DNA from: Lama glama
Taxonomy: Eukaryota
Direction of reading: 5' to 3'
DNA: 64,000 nucleotides
Assembly (NCBI GenBank): GCA_028534125.1
Contig: CM052816.1
Coordinates: 97,342,001-97,406,000, forward strand
The notes under the pieces are model-generated. The model did not search any database and was not told the DNA's origin. It worked only from the letters and a program-made list of their open reading frames with translations. The stretch's first letter is position 1, and each line of letters opens with the position of its first letter. This document shows, in pieces, positions 1 to 12,377 of this stretch. Position numbers and translations under genes: made by a program.

Positions 1-77
1 AAAGATTTGTTTTGGATAAAAATGAGAAGATAGGCCTCCTGGAACCTTCCTCAGGCACAGTTTTTTCATGTAGAGGA

Positions 78-568
78 TGTGGTGGGATAAAATAACTGCC
101 CACAATTTTCTTCTCTCCTGACCCTTGCCATGGAAGTCAGCAGTTGGGGCATTCATTCCTCCTCCACTGACTCTGGACTTGGTTCTGAGACTTTCTTTGA
201 GTAACAGGTTTGGGGCTGAAGTGACAGCATGCAGCCCAGAACTGTGGCTTTAGGAGACCTCAATTCACATTTCTGCCTGCCCTCTTGGAGTTTTGGTCTT
301 CCACAATGAGGAGGCCACGGTCCAGAAAGAGACATCTCTTTCAATGAGGTCTGGACTAAAGACACATGGAGCAGATCTGGACCTAACACGAAGTCTGGAA
401 TATACGCTACCTGTTGAGCCTAAGTAGGACTAACAGAGATCAGATAAATTCATCCAACCTGCAGACTAGTGAGTATGAAGGAAGGGATATGCTATTACTG
501 CTCCAAGGCACTTGGATTTGGGGTTGCTTGTTATTCAGCATTATCAAAGCAGAAATCTGACTAATACA
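78..568 (+). mobile_element. MaLR solo LTR (MLT1-like)
   Basis: Starts tgtggtgggataaaataactgccc and ends ...ggatttggggttgcttgttattcagcattatc...tgactaataca, the typical MLT1 termini (TG...CA). Confidence 0.75.
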
Positions 569-909
569 GCAATTGAGATCAGAAGTGATGTGCAACTCTA
601 ATGAACTTAAAAAATAGGTCGTTGCCTTTGGGATTCCCAAGGAATTATTATAAAGCACTTAGAAAAGTTTAACCTATTGGCAAAATAATTAGTAAGCATG
701 GCTTCAAAGAAAGTCATTTACCAAAATGTCCAGGCTTCATAAGGTCTTTGAATTGCACGATTAAGTCTTTAGAAACAAGAGAAAAAAGAACTGAGAAAAA
801 GTGGAATGTTCCCAGAAATATCTCAGTGTAAAGAAAGAATGTCATCCAACCTAAAATTTACATTTCTGTCTATCTCAAAATATAAATGGGATTTACTGAC
901 AAGTATTTT

Positions 910-980
910 CTGATTTTACCATTGGGAAAACCAAGGTGCTGAGGGGGTTAAGAATTTTGTCCAAAGTCACAAAGCAGCAT
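910..980 (-). mobile_element. MIR fragment
   Basis: attttaccattgggaaaaccaagg...ggttaagaattttgtccaaagtcaca resembles the antisense MIR core. Confidence 0.55.
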
Positions 981-1543
981 AAAAACAAGCTGTGATCTTC
1001 TGCTGCAGCTAAAACGTTATTCTACCCTCATCCCTGCAGGTTAACAGAGCAACACAGGGTGAGTGTTCAGGGTATGCATTTATTCAAAATAAAAAGAACC
1101 TTGAGAATCCATCTGCTCTACCAAAACAGATTGTTCCAACACTGAGAAGTCTTTTTTCCTTAAAAATTATTTTTCTCATCAAATGCAAAGGAAGAAAATA
1201 GCAAGCTCATCTGGAAGCAATCAGGCAAAGTGATATTTATTAGAAATTGTCTACTTACTTTTTCGAGTTACATGATTAGGAAAAAATAATGTGCTCTTTG
1301 ATAATTTTTTAAATCATTTATTTCAGGAGGTGGTAAACAGTGTTCTACTGTCTGAACTTCGATTTTTTTTCACAAAAATGACTCCGTGAACATTTTCATC
1401 TCTCCATGGCCCCCTCTCTGCATGTGCCAGAATGGTCCACGAGCCCACCCTCCCATCCTTCCAATGTAGCAAGTGGATTTCGGACAGTCAAAACCAACCT
1501 GCCACAAATGTAACCTTTCCTACTGCAATTACATCAACCTCAC

Positions 1544-1863
1544 CTTCATTAACTTGCAGATTTAAACGACGACATATACTGCCGGTAAGTTAGCATGGAT
1601 TATGAGGTCACGTATTCAAGGACAGTTGCAGCCTTGGATGGCCAGTGTTATAAAGCAGACAACGGCGCACCTCTGCGCTCAGCAATCTCAGGGATTACTT
1701 GAAAAAAGAACAGCAGGACAACGCCATCAGCAGAATTCGTCGATCAAAGGGTGCACCGCCTCCTTTTCAACCAGTTGTTTGGGCAAAAGTAACCACAGTC
1801 TTCATTTGCTTCTCTTCCTCCTATTCAAACGCCAGCTGTTTCATTCTACCTTTACCTCCACCC
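1544..1863 (-). other. Candidate exon (5'UTR or alternative first exon) ending in ATGAAG|gtgagg
   Basis: Strong donor AAG|gtgagg (GT at 1543-1542). Weak acceptor cccagttttttaag|GGG, so the 5' boundary is uncertain. Repeat-free and relatively CpG-rich. All three frames contain stops; an ATG at 1549-1547 would give Met-Lys. Confidence 0.45.
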
Positions 1864-4279
1864 CTTAAAAAACTGGGATAAGGTCTTCCGTTTGTGTTCC
1901 CAGTTTATGACAACATAGAATCTTGCACACACGTGTATTTTGTGTATTAAATCATTGGTTTTTGTATAGAAACACCTAAAAACGTTCTGTCATACGTTAT
2001 GTGCATGAACTAGCTACATTTTTCAGGGCACATAATCTTTTTTAAAATTTTGTTTTCTATTTTTACCGTCCTCCAATTGTTTAGACAAACACTTTACTGA
2101 GGAGTTGGCACCATGCAAGGCTGAATCTACGGCTAATGGGCTGTATAAGCAAATGTTATCTCATTTCAATTCATGTCAAGGAAAATACTGTTGCATGAAG
2201 ATCCGGAAAAGCAGTTATCACTACTTCAATAACAGGTAGGCTTCGCAGAAGAGTGTCCTGGAAAATCACTTTGAACAGCATTATTTTAGAAGAACAAAAA
2301 AATACATCAGCAAGGTCCTCATAAAAAAAATAAAATGTTATGTAAAAGGGCTTTTATTTATATTCACTGTTTTGGTCTTTATGAATATTCATGCCCATAT
2401 TCTTTTGAAACATTATATTTATTTAATTTGAAAGGCCAGTGCTTCAAATGAGAAAAACTCATGTGGGGAAAATGAGTGAATTATTCATCTAAAACAAATA
2501 TTGTTTTGAGCCTCCATCTGATACTTGTGTATTCAACATCTACATAAGTCAGCTTCTGGTGGAGCTGTGCGTCTGTGCCGTGGGGTCTTAATACAAAAAG
2601 ACCCACCGAGTTCTAAATGCTTTTGTTTGCTTTTTCTCTCATTCTGCAAGAGGAAGATCTCAAAAGGAAGAATGCATATCTTTGAGCTGTAAGATGAATT
2701 ATTTTAGTGTCTGCGTTGGCTCAGGGGGGCTTTCAATTCTTGAATTATACAACTTCCTGCCACAGCCCTCAACTCCAACCATGAGCCTGGTGGCCGCCCC
2801 AGTTCCTTCTGTTCCCTCCTGTACGTCAGTGAAAACTGGCCGGTCTTCAGAGCAGGCCTGACCCACAGCAGTAATTTCACTCTCAGACACCAGAATTATT
2901 GTCTTTGGTTCTTTTCATTATTATTACTTTTCACAGAAGGAGAGGGTCCAAGCCACCACCCCCCGTCCCCCAGCAGCCCTCCCAGTTTATACAGGGCGCC
3001 ACGGTTTAAACAGGATGTGATCTTTCTAAGTTAATTTTTTTTAACTTTTCATTTATATATTTTTAATTGTTTAATCTTACAAAATAATCATGGATTATTG
3101 TCATAAAATAAAACAAATTCCGTTGACAAAATGAACTCAAAGATCCCACTGGGTATCTAAGGTCCTGTAACTGCAGAGTTGATCAGTAACTACATACACA
3201 AGCTAAGTATTATTTTAAAATCTCAGGGTTATTAAGCTTCGGGCTTATGTCACATTTTTATGACATGTTTCATGCAATTTAAAGACATATGATTCCTCCC
3301 CACCCCCACCCATCACCAGTATCATGAAAACCAGTAGCAAACTGCACACTGTGACACTGTGCATCGCTTCAAGGTCACTTCAAAGACGAGAAAGCACTGC
3401 ATTTAATTCTGGCTGAACAGTATTTATTTTTGAAGTGATAACTCCCCTATTACTACCTAAATATTAGTAAGTGTAAGTAAATTCCCATTTACGTAGGCAG
3501 TGTGTTCCAAAGAGCAATAATAACTTCACAAAAACGGGAAACGTTCACATTCTGGATATTTTCATAACTTTGAAAACGCATTCGCTGAAATCGACTTAGT
3601 AGGTTTCATTTAAAGGAATAATCAGTTCCAGACTCTGTAAAATCTGATACTTGGATCTGTGTTTGGGTCTGTTTCCCTTTTCTTTCCAGTTCGTAACTGA
3701 CGTGGGCTCTGTCATTTAGCAAGTGGGTTCCTTGATCTAAGAGGCGGAATGCCAGGTAGACGGAGTTAGGCAAAGGGCCCTGAGCCAGAACGTCGCAGGC
3801 GGATACCGTCTCCAGAAGCCTACCAGGTGTCCTTTCAACCCCAGAAGCCAAGGCAACTGAGACAGAGCTTCACACAAAAGCACATCCACATCAAGGGCAC
3901 AAGCCGACACGTTCGCTGAACTTACATTTCATTGTTTTTCATGGCTTATAAATGCCCATGAAGGACAAACACAGGGACAGCAAATATGCATTCGTGCTGC
4001 TCTTTTACTGAACTCATATCTTCATCACGCTGTCCTCCCTTTTTGAAATACCATCCCTACCTTTAAAAAAAAATGGGTTAAACTGTGATTGTTCTTTAAG
4101 ATTTGCCTCTGTTCCACTGCTAAGCTGACGTGCTCCCGTGGGGATGCCCACACGCACGCTGGCACCCTCGTCTCAACCCCACAAGGCTCCTCCAGGTGGG
4201 GACCACGGAGCTGCCCTCCTCTCGATGTTCATAATCATCACACAGCCAACGGAACCTTGTGACAACCCCAGGACGGAGG

Positions 4280-4400
4280 GTTATTTCATGGATAAGGAAA
4301 CTTGAGTCACAGAGACAGGAGACACCTTGTCCAGGTCCACCCTAACTGCAGGGGCAGCATGTGGGCTGGAACCCTGGGAGTCTGACGTCAGAGTCTGCAC
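4280..4400 (-). mobile_element. MIR fragment
   Basis: atggataaggaaacttgagtcacagag...cttgtccaggtc...gaaccctgggagtctgac. Confidence 0.6.
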
Positions 4401-4751
4401 CCCAACACCCCCCTCACCTGCCCCTGTGTTCAGCCCCAACCCCACATGCAGCTACTAAATTGACGTGACTTGAGGACTAAGCCCATCTCACAATAAACGA
4501 GGCAAGAGAAGACGCAGGACTGGTTTCTTGTCTCCTGTACTCAACAACTCTTACGTGTGCACCTGTTGAGATGTGCTCTAATTACTAATATTTTATTACA
4601 TGATTAATTGCACACATCTCAGACACTTTTAATATTTTGGGGGGAGAACTTTAAGATCAGGGAAAAGCACATATGGCAACACCATGAATCCAGGGGAAAC
4701 TAACAAATACTCTGAGCGAAGATGGGGTCCAACGAGGTCAGGTGTCCTTTC

Positions 4752-5010
4752 TTTTGTTCATTCATGAAGCACCTACTGTGTGTCGGGCTCCGTGCTCCAC
4801 ATGGGATACAGCAGAGGGCAAAGGGCGCCTCGTCCTGCTCTCATGGAGCCAGTGCTCCTTAAGGACCAGAGAACCAGGCAGCTCTAACACGGGGCACAGG
4901 CGCTCGTGGCCAGCATTCAGGGAGTGACGCAGAAACCGAGAGAGGGACAGCTTTATCCCGAAGAACATTCCGGGGAGAGGGGACAATGTGAGCAAAGCCT
5001 GGAGGTGATG
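4752..5010 (-). mobile_element. L2 3' fragment
   Basis: ttcattcatgaagcacctactgtgtgtcgggctccgtgct...gggatacagcag is the antisense L2 3' end. Confidence 0.55.
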
Positions 5011-5023
5011 CAGGCACCTAAAC

Positions 5024-5212
5024 ATTTTTTTTCAGTTTTTACTTTTCTTCAGATTTTTTTTTCCTAATTTTGGGGGTTTTTTTGGTTTGGGGGGCAGGGA
5101 GGTAATTAGGTTCACTTATCAATTTATTTACTTACTTTTTAATGGAGGGACTGGGGATCGAACCCAGGGCCTTGTGCATGCTGAGCACTCTACCACTGAG
5201 CTATATACCCTC
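5024..5212 (-). mobile_element. tRNA-derived camelid SINE (Vic-1-like)
   Basis: Reverse complement reads gagggtatatagctcagtggtagagtgctcagcatgcacaaggccctgggttcgatccccagtccctccattaaaaa...aacctaattacctccc. It has A/B boxes and an A-rich tail. Confidence 0.85.
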
Positions 5213-6336
5213 ATCCTAATGTTCACTTTACTACAAAACTACTTAATTTCTTCTCAAACCAGACTGTATTATTAAACAACACAGAACATTCAGTTCACAT
5301 ATAAAAGATCCATGATTCTGGTCAAAAAGCATCGATATCTTAAGTAACTACTGTTGAATAGTAACGTCGTTTTATGGCTCAGAGTTGTTCATTTTTTGAA
5401 ATTCTGTACATTTAAGTGTCTCCGCTGAGCCTGCATTGTACCTACAAGGCTGGGCAGAACCTCTAAGGAACGAGCCAGATTTCGTAACATCTCCCCTTCC
5501 TCACAGGGAAGCAGATATCAGAACCAGAGCTACAAGGAACATCACTAAGATTCCAAGCAGGACGTCCAACAAGGGGAGAAAACAGACTTTTATTTAAAAT
5601 GTAGCTATTACTCGAGGATCAAAATAAAAAAAAGATCTCGAAAGTTTTCTGTAAGAATATGCATAAAGGTAAAATTTCTTAAACCTGGCACTATCATTTC
5701 AATTATTAAATCTCTCAACTAACTTAAACTTCAGAAAAACACGTCTGCTAATTGATTAAGCATACGCTGATAATTTTCAAACAGTACTTTCCCACCTCAG
5801 ACCTAGAATCAAGAATCTCTCCAAGGACCCTGATTTCTTTAAGGGGAAGAATAGTTAGAAACCAGGAAGTGGGTATTAGGCGTGATCATTACCCCACTGT
5901 TTTCTGGGCACTTCTGTGGGCACAGCTAAAAAATACAAATGTAACTGTATGTCATGAGTGCACAGTGACTCCAGTTTAAACCCAACACAGATACACTGTT
6001 TTCATCTTGCTTAAGTTATATGTATATCTCTCTTCTCCAGAGATAACGCTGGTTCCTGACATCCTCAGTATACTTACTCCATCCTTCAGCACACACTCCT
6101 ACCGGTATCTTTAGAATGACTGTATCCATACAAATGCCAAAACAAGCCAGGTAAAGTCCATGATGAGTTTCAGATCTTTCTGTTCTTACAAATTTTCCAT
6201 AATGAGTATATGGCCAGGCTACTGCATTCAAAAGTTACTCGAATTGATTTGTCTTTCTGTGTGGTCCCCAATAAGCTATGTGTTTAGGTTAATTTGAGGG
6301 TTTGATTTTTTTTCTGCTTTTCATATTTAGTATCAT

Positions 6337-8402
6337 TTATTCTTCCAGTTTTACTGGGATATAACTGACATACAGCACTGCATAAGTTTAAGGTGTGCAG
6401 CTAATAATATGACTTACATGCATCATGAAATGATTATCACAGTAAGTTTCACGAACATAATCGTAGCACATAGATACAAAATTAAAGAAATAGAAAAAAA
6501 TATGATGAGAACTCTTAACATTTACTCCCAACAACTTTTACATGTAACATAAAGCAGTGGTAATTATATTTACCATGTTGTACTTTACATCCCTAATACT
6601 TATTTCTCTTATAACTGGATGCTTGTGGCTTTTGACTGCCTTCATCCAATACGCCATCCCTACCACTCTACTTTGGGTACCCACGAATTCGATCGCTTTT
6701 TCTATTAAGTTCTTGAAGTATAATTGGCCTACAACACTATGTTAGTTCCTGTTATACAACATAGAGATTTGATACTTTAATACATTTCAAAATAATCTCC
6801 ACAATAAGTCTAGTTACAATATGTCACCATACAACAACATTACATAGTTGTTGACTATATTCTCCACATTGTATATTTCATGCCCATGACTCGTTTATTT
6901 TGCAACTGGAAGCTTCTGTCTCTTAATCTCCCTCATCTGTTTCACTCATCCCCCCTCCACATACACATACAAACACACACACACACACACACACATCTTC
7001 TTTATCTGTTCATCCATCAATAGACACAGCTTCTTTCATGCCTTGGCAATCGTAAGTAATGCTGCAATGAACATGTAGGAGCATCTATCTTTTTGAACTA
7101 GTGTTTTTTATTTTCTTCAGAAAAATACACGTAAGTGGAACTGCTGGATCATGTGGTAGTTCCAGTTTTAATTTTTGGAGAAACTTCCTTACTATTCTCC
7201 ATAGTGGTTTCACCAATTTGCATCCCCACCAACAGGGCACGGAGGTTCTCTTTTCTCCGCATCCACAGCCAACACTTGACATTTGCTGCCTTTGTGATAA
7301 CTAGCAGCCATTCTAACAGGTTTGAGGTGATACCTCCTTGTGGTTCTCATTTGCATTTCCCTGATGATTAAGGATGCTGAGCATCTTTTCACGTGTCTTT
7401 TAGCCGTCTGTATGTCTTCTATGGGAAAGTGTCTATTCTTGTCCTCAGCCCATTTTTCCATTGGGTTATTTGGGTTTTTTTTTTTTTTGATGCTGTGTTG
7501 TATGAGTTCTTTGTCTGTTCTGGATATAACCCCTTATCAGACACATCATTTTCAGGTATCTTCTCCCACGAAGTAGGTGGGTTTTTTGTTTCGTTAACAG
7601 TTTCCTTTACTGTGCACGTCATTTTCGTTTGATGTAGTCCTATTTGTTTATTTTTGCTTTTGTTTTCCTTGCCTGAGGAGACAGATCCAAAATACTACTA
7701 TTAATTCTGATGTCAAAGAGCTTACTGTCTGTTTTCTTCTAGAAATTTTATGGTTTCAGGTCTTACATTTCAGTCTTTGATTCATTTTGCATTTATTTTT
7801 GTACACGGTGTGAGAGAGCAGTGCAGTTTCATTCCTTTGCAAGTAGCTGTCCAGTTTTGCCAACACTGTTTTTAAAGAAGCTGTCTTTTCCCTGTTGTAT
7901 ATTCTTGCCTCCCTTGTCATAGATTGTGCACGTGTGGGTTCATTTCTGGACTCTATTCCGTTCCATTGATCTACGTGTCTGTTTTGGTGCCAGTACCATA
8001 CTGTTTTGATGACATGTTGGTATAGTTCAAAATCCAGGAGCATGATACACCCAGCTTTGTTCTTCTTTCTCTAGACTGTTTCAGGGTCTTCTGTGTTTCA
8101 ATACAAATTTTAGAATTATTTGTTTTCTAGTTTTGCGAAAAATGTCACTGTATTTTGATAGAGGTTGCACTGAATCTGTAGATGACCCTGGGTAATACTG
8201 TCATTTGAACAGTATCAGTTCTTTCAATCCATGAACACAATGTATCTTTCTATCTGTTTGTGTTGTCTTCAATCTCTCTCAACCACATCTCACAGTTCTG
8301 CAAGTGCAGGTCCTCTGCCCCCTTAAGATTTATTCTCAGCTACTCTGTTCTTCATGATGCAATTGTAAATGCGACTGTCTTCTTAATTTCTCTTTCTGAT
8401 AG
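6337..8402 (-). mobile_element. L1 (L1MA9/laurasiatherian-type): 3'UTR plus decayed ORF2 C-terminal part
   Basis: Minus-strand ORFs give L1 ORF2 motifs: [61 protein letters not shown]. Many frameshifts. Confidence 0.9.
6960..6995. repeat. (CA)n microsatellite inside L1
   Basis: catacacatacaaacacacacacacacacacacaca. Confidence 0.9.
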
Positions 8403-8749
8403 TTCCAATTTAATTTTATTTTTGAATATGTATTTTCAGAAACAATCAAAACAACAGATAAAGAAATACCCCCTAGGGAATTTTTACTGATGACCCACAT
8501 CAGGTGAAGATAAGTTCTCTGTGCTCGGGTGTCACATGTGTTTTAGAGCCCTGAGATCTACTTCAGTGGTGACTGGTTTAGGTCTTACTCTAGGTCTGTA
8601 TTTGTCTGTCTCCTTGTATTTCCTCTAGCTTCTTCTTTGTGAAGGTGGTTATTCTGGTACTCTACCTGGCCCGATAGTATTACAATAGCTCCTCTTTTTC
8701 CACTGTTTGCATTTAACTGGTGTAACTTTGAACTCCTTTTTAAAAAAAT

Positions 8750-9563
8750 TTAATCAACTATTTTCTTAGGGTAGTTTTATACTTACAGAAAAATTGCAAA
8801 GATAATACAGTATTTCCATGCACCTTGCATGCAGTTTCTCCTTGATAACATCTAACATTATTATTAATATCTTACATTATTAGTAGTATCTTACATTATT
8901 ATGCCATAGTTCATTGCGATGTCCTTAGTTTTCCCCTAAAGTCCCTATTTTGTTCTAGAATCCCAGCCAGGATACCCAATTACATTCTCACATCCCTGTA
9001 TGGTGACAATTTCTCAGACTTTTTCTTGTTTTTGATGACCATGATAATTTTGAGGAGTACTCGTAAGATATTTTATAGACTGTCCTTTGACTGAATTTTG
9101 TCTGGTGTTTTTCTCATGATTCTCCTGGAAGGAAGTGTCTGCGGGGAGGAAGACTACACAGACAAAGTGCCTTCCTCATCACACCATGTCAGGGCAGGTA
9201 CTATCCACGTGACCTAACGCTGCTGATGTTCATCTTGACCATCTGGCTGAGGTCAGTTCATCAGGCTTCTCCACCACAAGGGTACGCCCTCACCCCGCCC
9301 CTTCCATACTGCCCTCTGTCAGGAAGTTACCATGTGCAGACCACACTTGCAGGGTGAGAATTATGTTCTCCTTACTTGAAAGCAGAACATTTACATACAT
9401 TATGTGGAATTCTTCTGCATGGGAGATTTGACTCTTCTGCCCATTTATTTATGCATTAAATCGTATGTTTATACCGGTGTGGATTTATGAATATTCATTT
9501 TAGACTGTGAATTATAATCCACTACTATCTTATTCACGTTGGTGTTCAAATTATTCCAGCTTT
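8750..9563 (-). mobile_element. L1MC-like 3' end
   Basis: gtgacaatttctcagactttttcttgtttttgatgacc...ttttgaggagtact and aaattattccagctttg match remembered L1MC3/4 3'UTR motifs. Confidence 0.7.
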
Positions 9564-10179
9564 GATTCTCCTTGAGGAAGGGTGAATCCAGCACCGGAGC
9601 AGGCAATAGACACAACTGGCTCTGAGCCTCCTGTACTGCAAATAAGTCCACAAGAACAGCAGCAACGACAAAGCCCACAGTGACGGGCTCCGTCAGAGGG
9701 GCACAGCCCCGGAGGCAGCTGGCACGCTCCCGCTTCTTCAGCCTTTCTCAATGGCTGCAAGGGAGTCTCTTGCAAAAAGCAAAGAGTTGGGCTTTACTTT
9801 GTGAGCCAATATGAGGATTGTTTTCCTTCTTGTAAGTAGGTTAAGCCATTTGTATTCACCGATAGGACTGCAAGATTATAACTTGATCAAACCATTTATA
9901 TTAATTTTACTGTGTAGATTACATTATACTTACTGTACTTCTTTGTCTAGATTGACAGTTTTCATTCTTTTTTCATTATAGTTCTCTGAATCTAGAAAGG
10001 CTTGCATCTTTTAGTGGTAACTGCTACACACACACACTCATTAGTACTCCTTTTCCCTACTAGGTGTGTGCCATTTATTTTGTCAGCTTTAAATTCTGTC
10101 CTTTGAGCCTTATTTATTACCTAAGTAACAACCAAGGAGCTCGCTTTAGTTTTCTTCTTTTCTCTTTGCTCCCTATTGT

Positions 10180-10845
10180 GAAGCTTTCATTTAAGTGTGA
10201 CATCCACACACAGCTGCATAGCATAATGGGTTTCACAAAGCAAAATACGCGGTATAATCAGAACCCAGAACAATAAACAGAATATGTCAAGCTTTCCAGA
10301 AACCTGTCCTTGGGCATTCCCTCGCCCAGCAGCAGCCACACCTGCCACCCACAAAGGTAATCATGCGCTTGACTTCAAATGCCAGACAGTAACTTTGACT
10401 GGTTTTAACCTTTATGTGAATGGAATCCTACCACATGTATCCTTTTATGTTTGTTTTTTTCTGATCACCATTACGTTTGTGGGATTCATCTGTGTCGTTA
10501 AGTCCACTCATCGTGGGTCCTTCATCCCCCTGGTTTCTAGCATCCCACTGTGCGGACATACCACAGCTTGCTTAGTCATTTTTTGCTAATGGACATGCGG
10601 GTAGTTTCTAGATTTCGCTATTACCACCAAGTGCTGCTATGGGCATTCTTGTACGTATCTTTTGATGACTGTATTTATATACATATATTGAAGATCAACT
10701 GAACACAATTGCTGCATAGTAGGCTATGGACGTGCTGACCTGTGAACTAACTTTAAAGTTTTCCAAGTAGTTGAAACAATCTCACTACCAAAAGCAGTAT
10801 GTGAGTGTGTCATCTGCTCAGTATCATTGTCAATACTCCTCCCAT
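10180..10845 (-). mobile_element. Old L1 (L1ME/L1MD-like) 3' region
   Basis: ctttatgtgaatggaatc...atgtatccttttatg and agtgctgctatgggcattcttgtacgtatctttt. Confidence 0.65.
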
Positions 10846-11149
10846 TTTAAAATTGTATCACCTCTGTCTTTTCAGAAAATATAGTATTTATACATACTGC
10901 TTTCCCGTATTTGTCCTCACTTTCATTTTACTCTTAGATTGACACAGTATCCACAAACTTTAGAAATAGATACCATCTTTGTTATTGTTGTTGTACAGAA
11001 TGAAGATGCCCGAGGAAACACTGGGGATGGTCGCCTGTGCCCCAGACTTCATGCACATCTTGTAGAAGTCAGCATACTCTGCGCATGATCAGCCCTCTGG
11101 TGTAAGAGCCCCTTTACCCCTTATTCTTGGATAAACCTCATCCTTTCGT

Positions 11150-11372
11150 CTGGTATCACTCAAAGTGTGGTCTGCAGACCGGCAACCAGAGCGACAGAAG
11201 TTAAGAAACTTGTGCCAGAATTCAATGAATTACCACACCGAGGACACTGTTCAGTTCAGCTAACTCATTTTTTCCCCCATGTTTAACTCATAAAAGCACG
11301 TGGTACACTGAGTCACGTTCTGGAACAAGCTCCTTTTCTCCACATCACAAGACAACAGTCTGAGGAGCGCTG
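11150..11372. mobile_element. hAT-Charlie MITE (MER5C-like)
   Basis: Left end ...actcaaagtgtggtctgcagaccgg, right end ...tgaggagcgctg. Internal inverted pair aacttgtgccagaa / ttctggaacaagct. Confidence 0.65.
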
Positions 11373-11379
11373 CTCTCTT

Positions 11380-12200
11380 CAGCTGCGCAGGAAGGACTCA
11401 TGACTACAGCATTACTCGGGTTTGGTTTTTGATTCTTGGAAGGCAACTGGGCTGGATACAAAATTACAAGTTCATATGAAAGATACCCTTGAGTTCCTTA
11501 AATCATTGCTTCATTGCTGTTTTGCTTGCTACGTCAACATAGAGAATTGTGAAGTCAATCTGATACTCTTCTCTGAGTGATGGGGCTTTTTGTATGGAAC
11601 CTGAACATGTGTTCTTCTCTTTAAAATCCAGTAGATTTCTCACAAATGCAGTGGCATTGACCGTTTTGGGTCAATTTTCTCAGGTACTCAGTGGACCCTC
11701 TAATGTATAGATCCAGGTCTTCATTAATTTTCCCCAAATTCTTGTATTTTAGTGTTTAAACATTAGGTCTGTTTCACTGTATTGTTTTTGTCTTCAGAAA
11801 CTCCAGTCACATGAATGTGAAGACTTTTTTCTGCCTATCTTTTCTACCTATCCCTGTCCCACTGGTCCTTTTTACCTTTCTATCTCATCTTGGTTCTCTT
11901 GGCGAACGTCAGTCCTCAATATCCTTTGTTATATTTTCACTAAATCTACTCTGCCCTATGTGCCTTTGTCTTTTTCTTCAACTTTTTTCCCTAAGATTGG
12001 TCAATTCTTATTTTGTATCTCCCTGTTTTTATCTGAGTTTTTGTATTTCTAATTTGAAATTTTAATAATTATCTGAAAATGCTTTAAGAATATAAATTAG
12101 CTTAGAGTGGTCTGTTACATTTTTCCATTTTGGTTTCTGTGGTTTGTTTTTCAGGGTTTTCCATTCTCATTTTCTTATTTTTTTCTTAGAGAAACTATAG
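11380..12200 (-). mobile_element. Ancient L1/HAL1-like remnant
   Basis: T-rich decayed sequence with ttgggtcaattttctcaggtactcagtggaccctctaatgtatagatccaggtctt, like antisense old L1 ORF1. Confidence 0.5.
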
Positions 12201-12377
12201 ATGTTGTCTTCCATGTGCTGCTCATTCAAAATGTCTTTGTTATTTTCCTGAACAAATAATATCATATATAAATGTACATGTGGGACAGAAGGGTACTGTC
12301 CTATTTTCATATAATGAAATACATTTAGTTTTATCAATGGCTCCTAATAAGGAGAGACCAGAGAATGTTCTAATTTT

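Noticed and set aside
4381..4392. 12-bp palindrome tctgacgtcaga (full CRE)
   Set aside because: It lies in a MIR remnant, and a single motif is not evidence of function.
8846..8902. Three ~18-bp tandem units (atcttacattatta core); also ~13-bp units at 48907-48958
   Set aside because: Slippage duplications inside L1 remnants, with no spacer structure, so not CRISPR-like.
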